Positions 49,154 through 59,179 of a DNA stretch of 64,000 nt are shown one piece after another. A model generated the notes under the pieces. It searched no databases and was not told the DNA's origin. It saw only the letters and a list, made by a program, of their open reading frames with translations. How positions within the stretch are numbered: the first letter of the stretch is position 1; each line of letters opens with the position of its first letter. The position numbers were made by a program, and so were the translations under genes. This DNA comes from Lentisphaerota bacterium (GTDB lineage Bacteria; Verrucomicrobiota; Kiritimatiellia; RFP12; UBA1067): the NCBI GenBank assembly GCA_015061665.1, contig SUWC01000003.1:23292-87291 (forward strand). The letters are read 5' to 3'.

Positions 49154-49543
49154 TTTTTCCCGATATGTCAGTGTTTAGTGGAATTGCCAATCTATTGGCT
49201 GAATATTATACCACAACTCGAGGCACTCCCTGCTGGCATTCGACGCCTGCGAACCCTTACCAGAACGCCCAGTTCCCTGTCACGACAACTTGAATTCCGA
49301 GAACGAGATTCGTGACGGAATGGGCGACGATCGCCGGGACAAGTCCGCAGCGGACGGCCAGCAATGCGTAGGCCGCGCCGGCCATCGCGCCCGCGAGCCA
49401 GCGATTGTGCTCCAAGGCGAAAAGCCCCGTCGTCCAAAGAAACGCCTGCCAGTCAAACCGCGTGGACGCGGAGTCCAGCCAGTCGCGATTCGCGATCCTC
49501 CTGTCTCCTCTCGCAACATTCCCATGATCCTATTATATCAGAC

Positions 49544-50302
49544 TTATTTGTCGTCTGGAAGCTGGTCATTGATCTCTCGCTCGCTGTCAGTCAAGAAAAT
49601 GAGTTCAGTTACGGTATCTTCGGCGCAACTCGTGAAGTTGGTGATGACGACACCTTTTTCTTTGACCTTATACAGACTGACATAGTTGTTGGTCACAATC
49701 GAGCCATCTTCCTGAACGACGCCAATGAGTTGACTACTCGTTATCTCATCTCGTTCTCCGCATGTGATGGAGTTCGTCGACCGACAGTCAAGGCACTTCG
49801 CCTTCCCCTGTGCCATCGCCATTGCCCAGGCTTCAGTGGCCGGATCTTCGCTTATGCATTTCCGCGCCAACTCTTCCGCCCGTTGCTGCTTAATGGCGAG
49901 ATCCTCCGGACTCCCCGGTTCGATGCATCTAACTTCAACCCGAATCATAAACACATTCATTAACGCGACAATCACAAGCAAGGCGATTGTCAGTGCCTTG
50001 CGCTGATACAACCGATGCTTGATATACCAATAGGAACAGGCAACACAAAGCGCCCAGACAGGGAATGGACAAACATATTGAAGCACCCACGAAGGGCACT
50101 GGTGCATAAACACCCCCCACACCAAGTCCTGCCAAACATCAAAGACACAGCAGACAGGTGTTCCCCATGCAAGGCCTCCGAAGAAATGGTAAATCGTGGC
50201 GCAAGGCCGCAAAAGCGCCATCGCCATCACGACCATCCACAACCCAGTATTAACGCTCCGCTGGGGAGACACCCCTTTCTCGCTGTCATTTTCTGTCGCC
50301 AT
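49544..50302 (-). CDS. Hypothetical membrane protein
   Basis: ORF with three hydrophobic segments. Confidence 0.45.
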   Translation of the reverse strand: MATENDSEKGVSPQRSVNTGLWMVVMAMALLRPCATIYHFFGGLAWGTPVCCVFDVWQDLVWGVFMHQCPSWVLQYVCPFPVWALCVACSYWYIKHRLYQRKALTIALLVIVALMNVFMIRVEVRCIEPGSPEDLAIKQQRAEELARKCISEDPATEAWAMAMAQGKAKCLDCRSTNSITCGERDEITSSQLIGVVQEDGSIVTNNYVSLYKVKEKGVVITNFTSCAEDTVTELIFLTDSEREINDQLPDDK

Positions 50303-50311
50303 ATTGCTCTT

Positions 50312-50614
50312 TTAGGGTCGTTTGGCGGTAATCGAGTGGATGTAGATATCCGTCGGATGTTCGCCGCCGAAGACGGTGTGCATGACATTGCAGAGCCAAG
50401 CGATCTGGACGCCTTCCTGTCCGGCGGCCTTGGTGTGCTGCGGGACATCTGCGAACCACTCCGTGCCGGAGCGGTAGAAGCGAATTTCCTTGCGAACGGT
50501 CGAAGTGTCGACGCCGGTCGTCCGCGAGCGCAGAAAACAGCACGCAAGAAGCGCGCCTATTACAACCGTTCCGACAACCGCGCAAACCGCAATACGCAAC
50601 AATGATATTTTCAT
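50312..50614 (-). CDS. Hypothetical small membrane-anchored protein
   Basis: ATG at 50614 follows a TGCTATAAT extended -10 element. Confidence 0.4.
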   Translation of the reverse strand: MKISLLRIAVCAVVGTVVIGALLACCFLRSRTTGVDTSTVRKEIRFYRSGTEWFADVPQHTKAAGQEGVQIAWLCNVMHTVFGGEHPTDIYIHSITAKRP

Positions 50615-50722
50615 GGCTACATTATAGCACAATCCCACGCTGCGCGGCGAAGGAAAGTTGTATAATCTCGTGGGTCAAATTGGAAGGGCAAGCTGTCGAG
50701 GCAGCTCAAAAGGGTCTGAGCT

Positions 50723-50909
50723 GAATGCCGCTAACTTAAGGCGATAATTGGCGATAATGTCGCAATAATCAATGATAGGTGAAAGCAAGCCGAGAAATGA
50801 TTCGCATGCCTACAAAACCAGGTTCGTCTTCCATTTTGTGCTATGAACATTCAGATCCGATGAAATGTCGGCAAAAAATTCGTTCTTTTCGCTTAAGTTA
50901 GCGGCATTC
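50723..50909. mobile_element. 187-bp IS4-family-like MITE
   Basis: Perfect 18-bp inverted repeats GAATGCCGCTAACTTAAG, flanked by 11-bp GGGTCTGAGCT / GGGTCAGAGCT. Confidence 0.8.
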
Positions 50910-50933
50910 GGGTCAGAGCTTATTAATACACAC

Positions 50934-51341
50934 TGCAGAAACCTAGCGAGGTGGGCGCATGGTGCTTCCAGAGACCTATGCGGCAGGCGAGAGCGTTTCA
51001 CCCGCATCGGACCAATCTGCGAGGCTGGTGAAAACTTCGTCCGAGGCGCGTAAAATCGAGGGTTTTGAGCCGGATCGGCAAAAGGTTTTGAGAACTCCGA
51101 CGGTTGAAAAAATTGGCTCCGTTACCACTTCGCCTTAGCTTCGCGCATCACAACCACACTTAGAGCCGTCACTAAAGTGTTTTGACCTGGGGCTCTGCCC
51201 CAGACCCCAACTTATCACATACACCACATGCGGCTGGAACGCGCGAAGCATATGGCGAAACGTTAGTGAAGCCCTTTTTCAAGCCGTCGGAGTTCCAATA
51301 CCCTCCCGACCCTTTATCCGTTTGATCGCCGCTTCAACCGC
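50934..51341. repeat. Direct repeat of about 410 bp, copy 2
   Basis: Matches 45074-45486. Confidence 0.9.
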
Positions 51342-51909
51342 CCTGGGCAGCGCCCCTCGCACACCGCCATCCGGTAGGGCGCGATCACCGAGCGCGCCGC
51401 AACGGCTATGCCAAGTCCGCCTCGGCAACCGAAAAGCGACCGACTATGCTCATATCGACATCGCATGAATTAATCACATTTATGACAAACAGGGAACCTA
51501 TCTTTTACAATCGGTATTGGATCGCCTGTCCTCACAGCCTTCTGAAGACCAAGAGGAATCAGCGTAGGCTTATAGTGCTTCAGTTTCCCCTTTCGCTTTC
51601 CGCGCTTCATGCGCGTCTTTCCCGACTGCCGCTTAGCCTCAATCAGTTTCGCCGTGCGCCTGCGAAATTCATCGCGACTCTGCGATCTAATCCCCCATAC
51701 AACTGCCAATATAATCAGTGCGGCGATGAACTGGCGCGGAAGCACAAAGAGCCACACAATACAAACAATCAATAGAAGACCATAGCCCATCGCACGGTCT
51801 AGCCTATTGGCGACTTTAGCTTTATGTTTACGAGCAGGCATTGTTGCGGTTTTATTACGTTTTATCTGTATTGTAATCACAGGCAATATAATTGTAAACT
51901 GCCACATCC

Positions 51910-52368
51910 CTACTCAGTTCCTCCTTGAAATCTATATTGAGGAGAAGTAATAACTTGCCATTCATTATTTGTGACGCCATCACATAACACAACCTCGGCA
52001 TAAAAAGCACATGTACTGATATCTTGCGGCATTAAAACTGAAAAGCGACATTCAGCGCCAGCTAAAACAATCAGCTTACCCTGATCAGAAGCCATCCCTC
52101 CAGATGAGCATCCACGTATCCATTCGCCTCCCTGCTTTATGTAAAAAACTAAAAATGGATGTTCCCTTCCTAGCAAGAATTTAGCAGTATTGGCCTTATT
52201 TGTAAATACGAACTCGCACTTGTATACGTCCGCCGCCTTAGAAACTTTTTCCAGCAACAAGCAATACTCTTTTTGCCGCGATGCACTCATTAACAAGGTT
52301 AAACACACCATAAGAACCGGTGCAACTACAAGAAGCGCTAGCGCAGTTCGCTTACCTCGCCTTGACAT
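51910..52368 (-). CDS. Hypothetical AT-rich membrane-anchored protein (orphan immunity-like)
   Basis: Follows an Rhs fragment. GGAGG ribosome-binding site and an N-terminal hydrophobic helix. Confidence 0.5.
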   Translation of the reverse strand: MSRRGKRTALALLVVAPVLMVCLTLLMSASRQKEYCLLLEKVSKAADVYKCEFVFTNKANTAKFLLGREHPFLVFYIKQGGEWIRGCSSGGMASDQGKLIVLAGAECRFSVLMPQDISTCAFYAEVVLCDGVTNNEWQVITSPQYRFQGGTE

Positions 52369-52439
52369 AGCGGAAATGCCTCCCCCCATTACCTTCGGTC
52401 TCCAGACTATATCCATTGTTTCTATACCAGCGAGCAAAA

Positions 52440-53270
52440 CGTGAATCAAAATGCCGATAGTTGTAATAAATCAGAGATGTGTCATCGTCAGCATACTCGC
52501 TTGAGAATCGCCAGAAGTTGCGATACGCGCTTTCGCCGACAGCCTGCGACATAGCTCCGAATGGTGCGTATTCGTAATGAGCCTCAATCTTTTTGTCCGT
52601 ATCGACGACCTCGCTTACATTCTTGTTGCCATCATGCGTATAGATCGATGATGCGCCACTACGATTCCAAACAAGCGGTCTGGTAGCGACGGGTTCTGTC
52701 GGATCCCAGATGAATAGTTGTGAGTTTGTAGCAGAAACATCAAAGCTGGCGACCTGCAAATAGCCGTCATAGACAAACCGCTGGTTGTTCTTCGTCACGC
52801 GGCGGCCCTGACGGTCGAAGGACATGGAAATGAGTGTGGGAGTGGAGGAGTTGGGAGTGGAGGAGTTAATAAGGGTCCACAACACAGGACGGTTTTCGCC
52901 GTTGTACTGAACCTGCCAGATGCCGGTCGCGGTCTTGACGAGGGTCTGGTTGCCATCGTCGTCGAACTGGGGAGAAAAGCTGGAAGTCTGAAGTCCGACG
53001 TCTGAAGTCAAAGTCGTTATCGAGCAATACCAGTTGAGCTGATTTGCCACGTAGACGGCATTGGTGCCGCGCTCGGATGATGTCTCGCGATTGCCGATGT
53101 CGTCAAAGTCGTAGGCGTAGCGGTATTCAGCATCAATCGCCGCTACAGCATTCGTAAGCTCGCTGCGAGTGTTGTTGGCGTAGGCAAAACAGCCGTCCCA
53201 CGCCGTGGCAGTCACCTGCCCGGCGAGATTTTCGAGCGACGTGCGCTTACCCTGTTCGTTGTATGTCATG
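52440..53270 (-). pseudogene. Orphan Rhs core fragment
   Basis: YAYDFDDIGNRETSSERGTN, FDDDGNQTL, THDGNKNVS, HYEYAPFG and YYNYRH, paralogous to the Rhs gene at 61349+. It lacks the N-terminus and the toxin tip. Confidence 0.88.
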
Positions 53271-53337
53271 CGGTTATACGGTATACGGTTCGTCACTGCA
53301 GACACTCTTCTGAATTTAAATTTCAATGCCTACGTTC

Positions 53338-53901
53338 TCATTCCTCAGACCATTTGGATCTGCATGGAATGAAACATACTCCTTCATCGTCGCAGACACC
53401 TACGGCAACAGCCAAAAGCCCACCTAGAATACGCTCAATTTGAGCATAAGTAACATTATCCCCTTTCATGAATTTGGATTCACCCCCTGAGATCAGGCAC
53501 ATAAGCATAAATCGGTTGGCTGTTTTAATCGTATTTGCAATTTGCACATCATCACTTGACCCGTCTATAATATAAAAAATATCATCACCCGCAAATACCA
53601 TAGCACTTTGTTCGAGAGCCATGCAAGGGTCATTCTTCTTAAAATCACATTCCCTGAAAAGACAAAATACGCCGTCACACTTCAGATTTCGCTTTATCTC
53701 AGACGCAAATGCCATCCACCCTCCACAAAACTGCTCGTCAGCAGGCAAACCACAGGGAAAATCCCAGTCACGGGCTGCTTCTGGGAAAACTTTTGCTGCC
53801 GAGAAATCAAGCAAAGCTTTTCGGGCCAGCAACAGTTTTCCCAAAGGGCCACTTCCTGCAAGCGCCTCCAGCAGCCAAGTTATTTGATTATGCGACAACA
53901 T
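53338..53901 (-). CDS. Hypothetical AT-rich protein (orphan immunity-like)
   Basis: AGGAGG ribosome-binding site and an ORF of 187 aa. Confidence 0.55.
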   Translation of the reverse strand: MLSHNQITWLLEALAGSGPLGKLLLARKALLDFSAAKVFPEAARDWDFPCGLPADEQFCGGWMAFASEIKRNLKCDGVFCLFRECDFKKNDPCMALEQSAMVFAGDDIFYIIDGSSDDVQIANTIKTANRFMLMCLISGGESKFMKGDNVTYAQIERILGGLLAVAVGVCDDEGVCFIPCRSKWSEE

Positions 53902-53997
53902 GACCCATCCCCTCCTAAAGTTCAGTTGAACAGGACGCATTCTTCATAATCTTTTGAACCAGCTGATGGACTCGACAGCATAACAACACGGGAGCCA

Positions 53998-54230
53998 ACA
54001 GGGTCAGACCTGATTGCCACAGTAAATTGCCACAGTAGGTTTTCCTTGTCATTGCGGCGCGCCCCTCTCGATCCATCCATTGCTTACCATAAAACGCGCG
54101 ATAGGCAATGCGGTCGATCTGGCGACAGCATCGGTTAGGAAGATTTGCCCGGCTACGTCTCATGTCTAATATCACATCCCTATCTCTTGTTAGTGTGGCA
54201 TTTTACTGTGCTAACCATGTCTGACCCTGT
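53998..54230. mobile_element. 233-bp miniature derivative of the element at 55705-56325
   Basis: Same 40-bp inverted ends, and it retains the decayed transposase start MRRSRANLPNRC. Confidence 0.8.
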
Positions 54231-54240
54231 AGCCCCCATT

Positions 54241-54579
54241 CTAGAAGTAAAATGCATGCCCCGTATGATACCATATTCCGTTCTTAAGAGGGTCAGCCAA
54301 GAGTCTGCTGGCAATGTCGTTATCACCGTATATTTCCTTTTGTATCTCGGCTTCCGGAATAACACCACTCCAGTCATATTCTATTGCCTTTATTTTCGCC
54401 ATTGGAATCTCCTTAAAAATATGTTCTTCTACCATTCCCTTTGCGGCATGAAGGGACTCTGCAGTGCAACCAAACTCCTGCACGAACCCAATCATTGGCT
54501 TAGCACTAACAAAGAGCATTCCCGAGATGTCCGTCATAGGCATCACAAATGAAACATCAACATTTATATAATAAATCAT
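54241..54579 (-). CDS. Hypothetical AT-rich protein
   Basis: ORF MIYYINV...GIWYHTGHAFYF between repeat ends. Confidence 0.5.
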   Translation of the reverse strand: MIYYINVDVSFVMPMTDISGMLFVSAKPMIGFVQEFGCTAESLHAAKGMVEEHIFKEIPMAKIKAIEYDWSGVIPEAEIQKEIYGDNDIASRLLADPLKNGIWYHTGHAFYF

Positions 54580-54786
54580 TTTAACGCACGGTGGGCGACG
54601 CGGCTTATCAGGTGATGGCATCGGTTTGGAAGACCTATCCTGCAACGCCTCATGCCGAACAGTATATCATAAACTCCCGCTACTGTGGTAATTTACAGTG
54701 GTAACGATGTCTGACCCTGTAGCCTCCGGCGAATGAGAAAAGCGCCAACGCGGCTATGTTAGCCGACAATTTCAGGCACCGGCCGT

Positions 54787-55680
54787 TCATTGTTTGCTGC
54801 GTTCAACCAGCATACGGCCTATCTCGGTTTTGAAATCATCCAGCCCGCTTATCGGCTCGAACAGCTCGGGATGGCGTTTGCAGAGCTCCGGATACTTCGA
54901 GACCTTGCCGTCCCGGTGCCAGAGCCAATAAACGATTTCGGAAATCTCGCGGGCGTTAAGAATCACATCCGATAAGTATATCTGTCTGTCCCACTTCTTT
55001 TTCACGATCCGTGCATTTGTGCCGACATTTTCGCCCACTAGACTTAGAGCAGTCGCATAGTCAACAATAAATCCTCCACCATCACACATCTTAAAAACAC
55101 GCGCCTTAAACTCACTCATGAAATTATTTCTATTGATACTAAAAACATCAAAGAAACGTTCAAATGGCACTTTCGCTGCATTTAAGACATAATCGCTTTC
55201 GCTGAATCGCTCCTTAATTGGTGTTGTCTGCCTTTCAAGAAACACAATTCGACAAATTCCATATTCAAAAATGGGAGAACCAACATAGCCTGAAGGCGGA
55301 TGATTCAAATCGACCTTTGTATGTCTATCTGACTCATATACAAGCAATAGGCCAGGTTCTTGAGCAGGTGGAACTATATTGTCAAAAAGCCTCGAGTCTA
55401 CAATGCTGTCGGTCTCTTCCAATCCAAACCGCCAGGCAAAAGGTATAACCGAATCTGCCCTTGCAACGATGTTTGGTTTTTTCACTGTGATTGCAAACGT
55501 CACATTTGTTGCATATCGTTCAATAGAGTTTACCACAGACTCTCTCATGGCACTCTCCAAAGTATCGAACAGCATGGCACCTGCCGCATAACGCGAAACG
55601 AGCACGCAGAGCAATGTGAACAAGAATCTATTGCGCATATGCGTGTAATTATCATTGATACGCTTCATGTTTTTCCCCAA
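54787..55680 (-). CDS. Hypothetical secreted AT-rich protein
   Basis: Signal-peptide-like N-terminus, about 290 aa. Confidence 0.55.
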   Translation of the reverse strand: MGKNMKRINDNYTHMRNRFLFTLLCVLVSRYAAGAMLFDTLESAMRESVVNSIERYATNVTFAITVKKPNIVARADSVIPFAWRFGLEETDSIVDSRLFDNIVPPAQEPGLLLVYESDRHTKVDLNHPPSGYVGSPIFEYGICRIVFLERQTTPIKERFSESDYVLNAAKVPFERFFDVFSINRNNFMSEFKARVFKMCDGGGFIVDYATALSLVGENVGTNARIVKKKWDRQIYLSDVILNAREISEIVYWLWHRDGKVSKYPELCKRHPELFEPISGLDDFKTEIGRMLVERSKQ

Positions 55681-55704
55681 CTTTAGGGCATTTGATGAGA
55701 GCCA

Positions 55705-56325
55705 ACAGGGTCAGACCTGATTGCCACAGTAAATTGCCACAGTAGGTTTTCCTTGTCATAGCGGCGCAACCCTTTCGATTCGCCGCCTGCCGTCCTTCGT
55801 CAAGACGTATTTCTGCTGCGGCGAGTTTGGGTGCACGGGGTCGCTGCGCTCAATCAACCCCGTCTCCATCAGCGGACGGAGATACGCCTTCGTGAAGTAC
55901 TCCCGGCTCGCGATACCAAGCGTCGTGCGCAGATATGCCGGCGACTTCGGCTCCCACTGAAGAAGCTGCATAAGCCTGACTGCGCGGACGTCGTCGCCCT
56001 TCGCGATGACCTGCGGTATATACCCCGGCGTCTCAATCCCAGCCGCAAATGTCTTGCCGCGCCAGTCCGGACGCTTGTTCGCCCGCGCCAGCTCGAATTC
56101 ATGCCCGTCCGGCCAGTCCACAATCCCGGCGTTGACGGGGTTGGCGTCCACGTAACCGCTTTCCGCCAGCATCATTACGCACTCTGTGTACGCGCGCAGG
56201 TGATAGCAACGATTGGGAAGATTTATCCTGCAACGTCTCATGCCGAACAGTATATCATAAACTCCCGCTACTGTGGTAATTTACTGTGGCAACCATGTCA
56301 GACCCTCAACCATGTCAGACCCTGT
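55705..56325 (-). mobile_element. Inverted-repeat-flanked element with an internally deleted RAYT-like (Y1 HUH) transposase fused to a Fic-C-like winged helix
   Basis: ORF 55756-56241: MRRCRINLPNRCYHL, YVDANPVNAGIV (YxxxNPV motif), YLRPLMETGLIE..P..PNSPQQKY. Inverted ends of about 40 bp. Confidence 0.7.
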
Positions 56326-56329
56326 AGCC

Positions 56330-57229
56330 TCCGGGTTCCTGACGACGGCCAGCGCGCGTCTCGGGGAGAAGGCACGCGAAAAGGACCGTCGAGCCTGCGG
56401 AGAGGCAGGAGAACGCACACAGCACCGCACCCGGCCCGAAGGCACGCGCCGCGGGCTGGTAGGCGGCGACGACGGCGCAGGACGCGACGTGGCTGCCAAG
56501 AGCCGCGAGCGCAAGCCCCCAGCTGCACGACTCCTCGGGCAGCAGCTCGCCAGGGACGAGCGCCGGAATCGCGACGGCCAACAGGACACGAGCGGAAGGC
56601 CGCGCACGGACGCCGTCTGCGGCGGGCTGCGCAACTGGCGCGGAATGCGGGACGGACTTCGGAAGCCGCAAGGCGAGGAATCCGACAAGAACCGCAAACG
56701 GCACGGACGCGAGATAGTCCGCACGCCAGGCCGATTCCGAGGCGAGGAAGCGCGTCGCCGCAAGGCCGACGGCCGAACCAAGGGCGAGCCCTGCCGTAAC
56801 CATCAACTGGAAGAAGACGCCGAGGCGCCCCCTGATTGCCTCCGGGCTTCTCCCAGCTATCATATACGGAAGGACGACGAATACGGCCCCAGCGCCCAGG
56901 CCGTGTACAAATCGTCCGAGCAGAAGCCCGGGGATCCAACCGCCCGAGAACGCCACCGCAATGCATCCCGCGACCGCGGCCGTCATGCCAACGACGAGAG
57001 TACGTCTATCTCCGATGCGCGGAAGGCACCAGCCCGTCCATGCGGTCGAAAGCGCAAGTCCGACGAGATAGAGCGCCATGAAGGCCGACTCTGCCTACGC
57101 CGAGAGTCCGGCTTCCGCACGTATTCCCGGAAGCGCCGCCCCGACAAGGCTTGAATCGATGCAGGCAAAAGCCCCCGCCGCGACAATCGTGAAAACAAAC
57201 AACACCATGGGCATAAGCATCGGTTTCAT
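56330..57229 (-). pseudogene. MFS sugar-porter pseudogene
   Basis: MFS motifs RIGDRR, GRFVHGLGAG, SPEAIRGRL and LPET. In-frame TAG at 57095-57097, and too short for 12 TM helices. Confidence 0.8.
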
Positions 57230-57291
57230 GCCGCATATTATACAATATTCGAACCAATGGGGTCAAACGTCTGACCCTGTAGCCTCTTGAA

Positions 57292-57912
57292 TCAGCCGAT
57301 CAGCGGTGGAATCAGATCCACGACAATCGACCTCCCTGGATGCGCGATGTGGTTGACAAGATACCGGACCGCACGACCGGCTATCCTCTTCATGTCTGGC
57401 ACAATGCCCACGACTGTCGGGGACTGCTCCATGCCCGCGCAGTTCTCCGAGCCATCTACGAAGAGCATCCCGACGGACTCGTAGACCATGCCCAGCGCGC
57501 CCATGGCGGCGAGATTCCTCACCGCCCTCCTCACTTCGGCGAACGTCTTCTGCCGGGACGGCGAGACGCAGTCATGCAGGGACAGCGAATAGCCGCGACT
57601 GGACACCGACCGCGCGATTTCGCCGCCAGCTTCGCGGAACGCCGAGACTGCGGCGCTGTCGCAGAGGACCGCCCCGATTATCCCAGAGCCCCTGCCCGCC
57701 TGCGGTGCAAGAAACGTCCCTGCGCCCCTGCGGCTTGCTATAAGGCCTGCCGACTTCAGGCAGGACGTGGCCTCCCTTGCGGTTGCTCGCGAAACGCCGA
57801 ACCGCTGCGCTATGTCACGGTCGCACGGGAATGAGAAATCGGACTTGAACACCCCAGCCCGTATTTCACACACAAGCTCCTTGACGACGTCTTCACTCTT
57901 GTACTTCAGCAT
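57292..57912 (-). CDS. GntR-family regulator with a shortened effector domain (possibly degenerate)
   Basis: HTH PCDRDIAQRFGVSRATAREA...RRGAGTF. Confidence 0.75.
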   Translation of the reverse strand: MLKYKSEDVVKELVCEIRAGVFKSDFSFPCDRDIAQRFGVSRATAREATSCLKSAGLIASRRGAGTFLAPQAGRGSGIIGAVLCDSAAVSAFREAGGEIARSVSSRGYSLSLHDCVSPSRQKTFAEVRRAVRNLAAMGALGMVYESVGMLFVDGSENCAGMEQSPTVVGIVPDMKRIAGRAVRYLVNHIAHPGRSIVVDLIPPLIG

Positions 57913-57921
57913 CCCGGCCCC

Positions 57922-59175
57922 CTACCTCAATGCGACATGCAGCAAGATCGCGCCCAACACCGCGAAGACGACGCCGAGGGCGATCTTCGCGGGGATGACG
58001 TTGCGCGACGACCACTGCGCCATCTGGAAGGCATCGGTTGTTTTAGAAGCCAAGACGAACACTGCAACAAGAGGCGCGATGAAGGCGAGGTTGTAGACGA
58101 CAAGGAGCACGAATGAACGCCACGCACCAGGCTCGCGCGAGATGAGCGCAAGGACCGGCACATAGACCTGTCCAGTGCAGAGCGAATCGAGCAGCGTGAT
58201 CAGGAAGCCGCAGCCTAGCCCTGCGAGAACGACAGTCGGACCGCTCCAGCTGGACATCGCGATTTGTCGTATAAGATTCTTCACAGGTTCGGGCAGCTTC
58301 AGAGTTACGACGGAAAATACAGGTATCTTGCGGAACTTGACTGCGTCACGGAAGCTGAGGAACGAGAGAATGAAGAGCGAAAGAGCGAGAATGGCCGTCA
58401 CGATGTCACGGACAACATGTAGCCCCGCCAAAGCTTTCAGTGCCTGCATAAGCCCGAGACCCATGAGCATGTAGGTAAGGAACGAGCCCACGCAAAAAGC
58501 AAGGCCACCCAATATGCGAGCGCGGCGTTTGCGTCCACCGATGGCGAGGATACCGGCAAGCGAGATCATGATGGCGAACGAACACGGGTTGAATCCGTCG
58601 ACGATACCGGCGAGGACGACAGTCGGCAGCGTCCATCGCGAGGCTGCGGTGACCGACTCAGATTCAACGGCAGAGCCTGTAACGGGGATTACGTAGATTG
58701 GAGACTCTGGGTCATCGCAGTAGATGCGGACGGACTTCGAGAACTCTCCAGGCAGCTGCGGCTTGAGCGAGACCGAAAGCGTCGTAGTTGTGCCTGGAGC
58801 AATGCGCATAGCCGACAATGTAGCTTCCGCACCACAACATGGCTTAACCAGTGAAACTGCGATAGGCGCGGATGAGACGTTAAGAAGGTCAATAGACTTC
58901 TCCAGTGCCTCGCCTGCGGCAATCTCGCCGAACACCACGCCTTCAGGTGGGATGGACAGACGTGATGATGCAATCGCAGAAAGGATTGAAAACCAAACTA
59001 TGCAAGAGAAAACCGCTTTGCGCAGACTGCAGTTATCTGCGATGACTGGGGGAAGCGGCGTCCCGCCGCTTCGAGGCAGTACGAAAGAGTTCTTCGTTTC
59101 AGAAGCGGCGGGACGCCGCTTCCCCCAGTCAACACGGGCACTCCAGCCCTGTTGACAGTCATAGATGCCACTCAT
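57922..59175 (-). CDS. DUF1573-like Ig domain plus a CcdA/DsbD-like transmembrane domain (start uncertain)
   Basis: VKPCCGA..IAPG Ig-like motif, AGIVDGFNPC and DSLCTGQVY. Confidence 0.75.
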   Translation of the reverse strand: MSGIYDCQQGWSARVDWGKRRPAASETKNSFVLPRSGGTPLPPVIADNCSLRKAVFSCIVWFSILSAIASSRLSIPPEGVVFGEIAAGEALEKSIDLLNVSSAPIAVSLVKPCCGAEATLSAMRIAPGTTTTLSVSLKPQLPGEFSKSVRIYCDDPESPIYVIPVTGSAVESESVTAASRWTLPTVVLAGIVDGFNPCSFAIMISLAGILAIGGRKRRARILGGLAFCVGSFLTYMLMGLGLMQALKALAGLHVVRDIVTAILALSLFILSFLSFRDAVKFRKIPVFSVVTLKLPEPVKNLIRQIAMSSWSGPTVVLAGLGCGFLITLLDSLCTGQVYVPVLALISREPGAWRSFVLLVVYNLAFIAPLVAVFVLASKTTDAFQMAQWSSRNVIPAKIALGVVFAVLGAILLHVALR

Positions 59176-59179
59176 ATTA

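Noticed and set aside
57095-57097. In-frame TAG in the MFS gene read as recoding or pyrrolysine
   Set aside because: The gene is also shortened and truncated, and TAG is a normal stop in many genes here.
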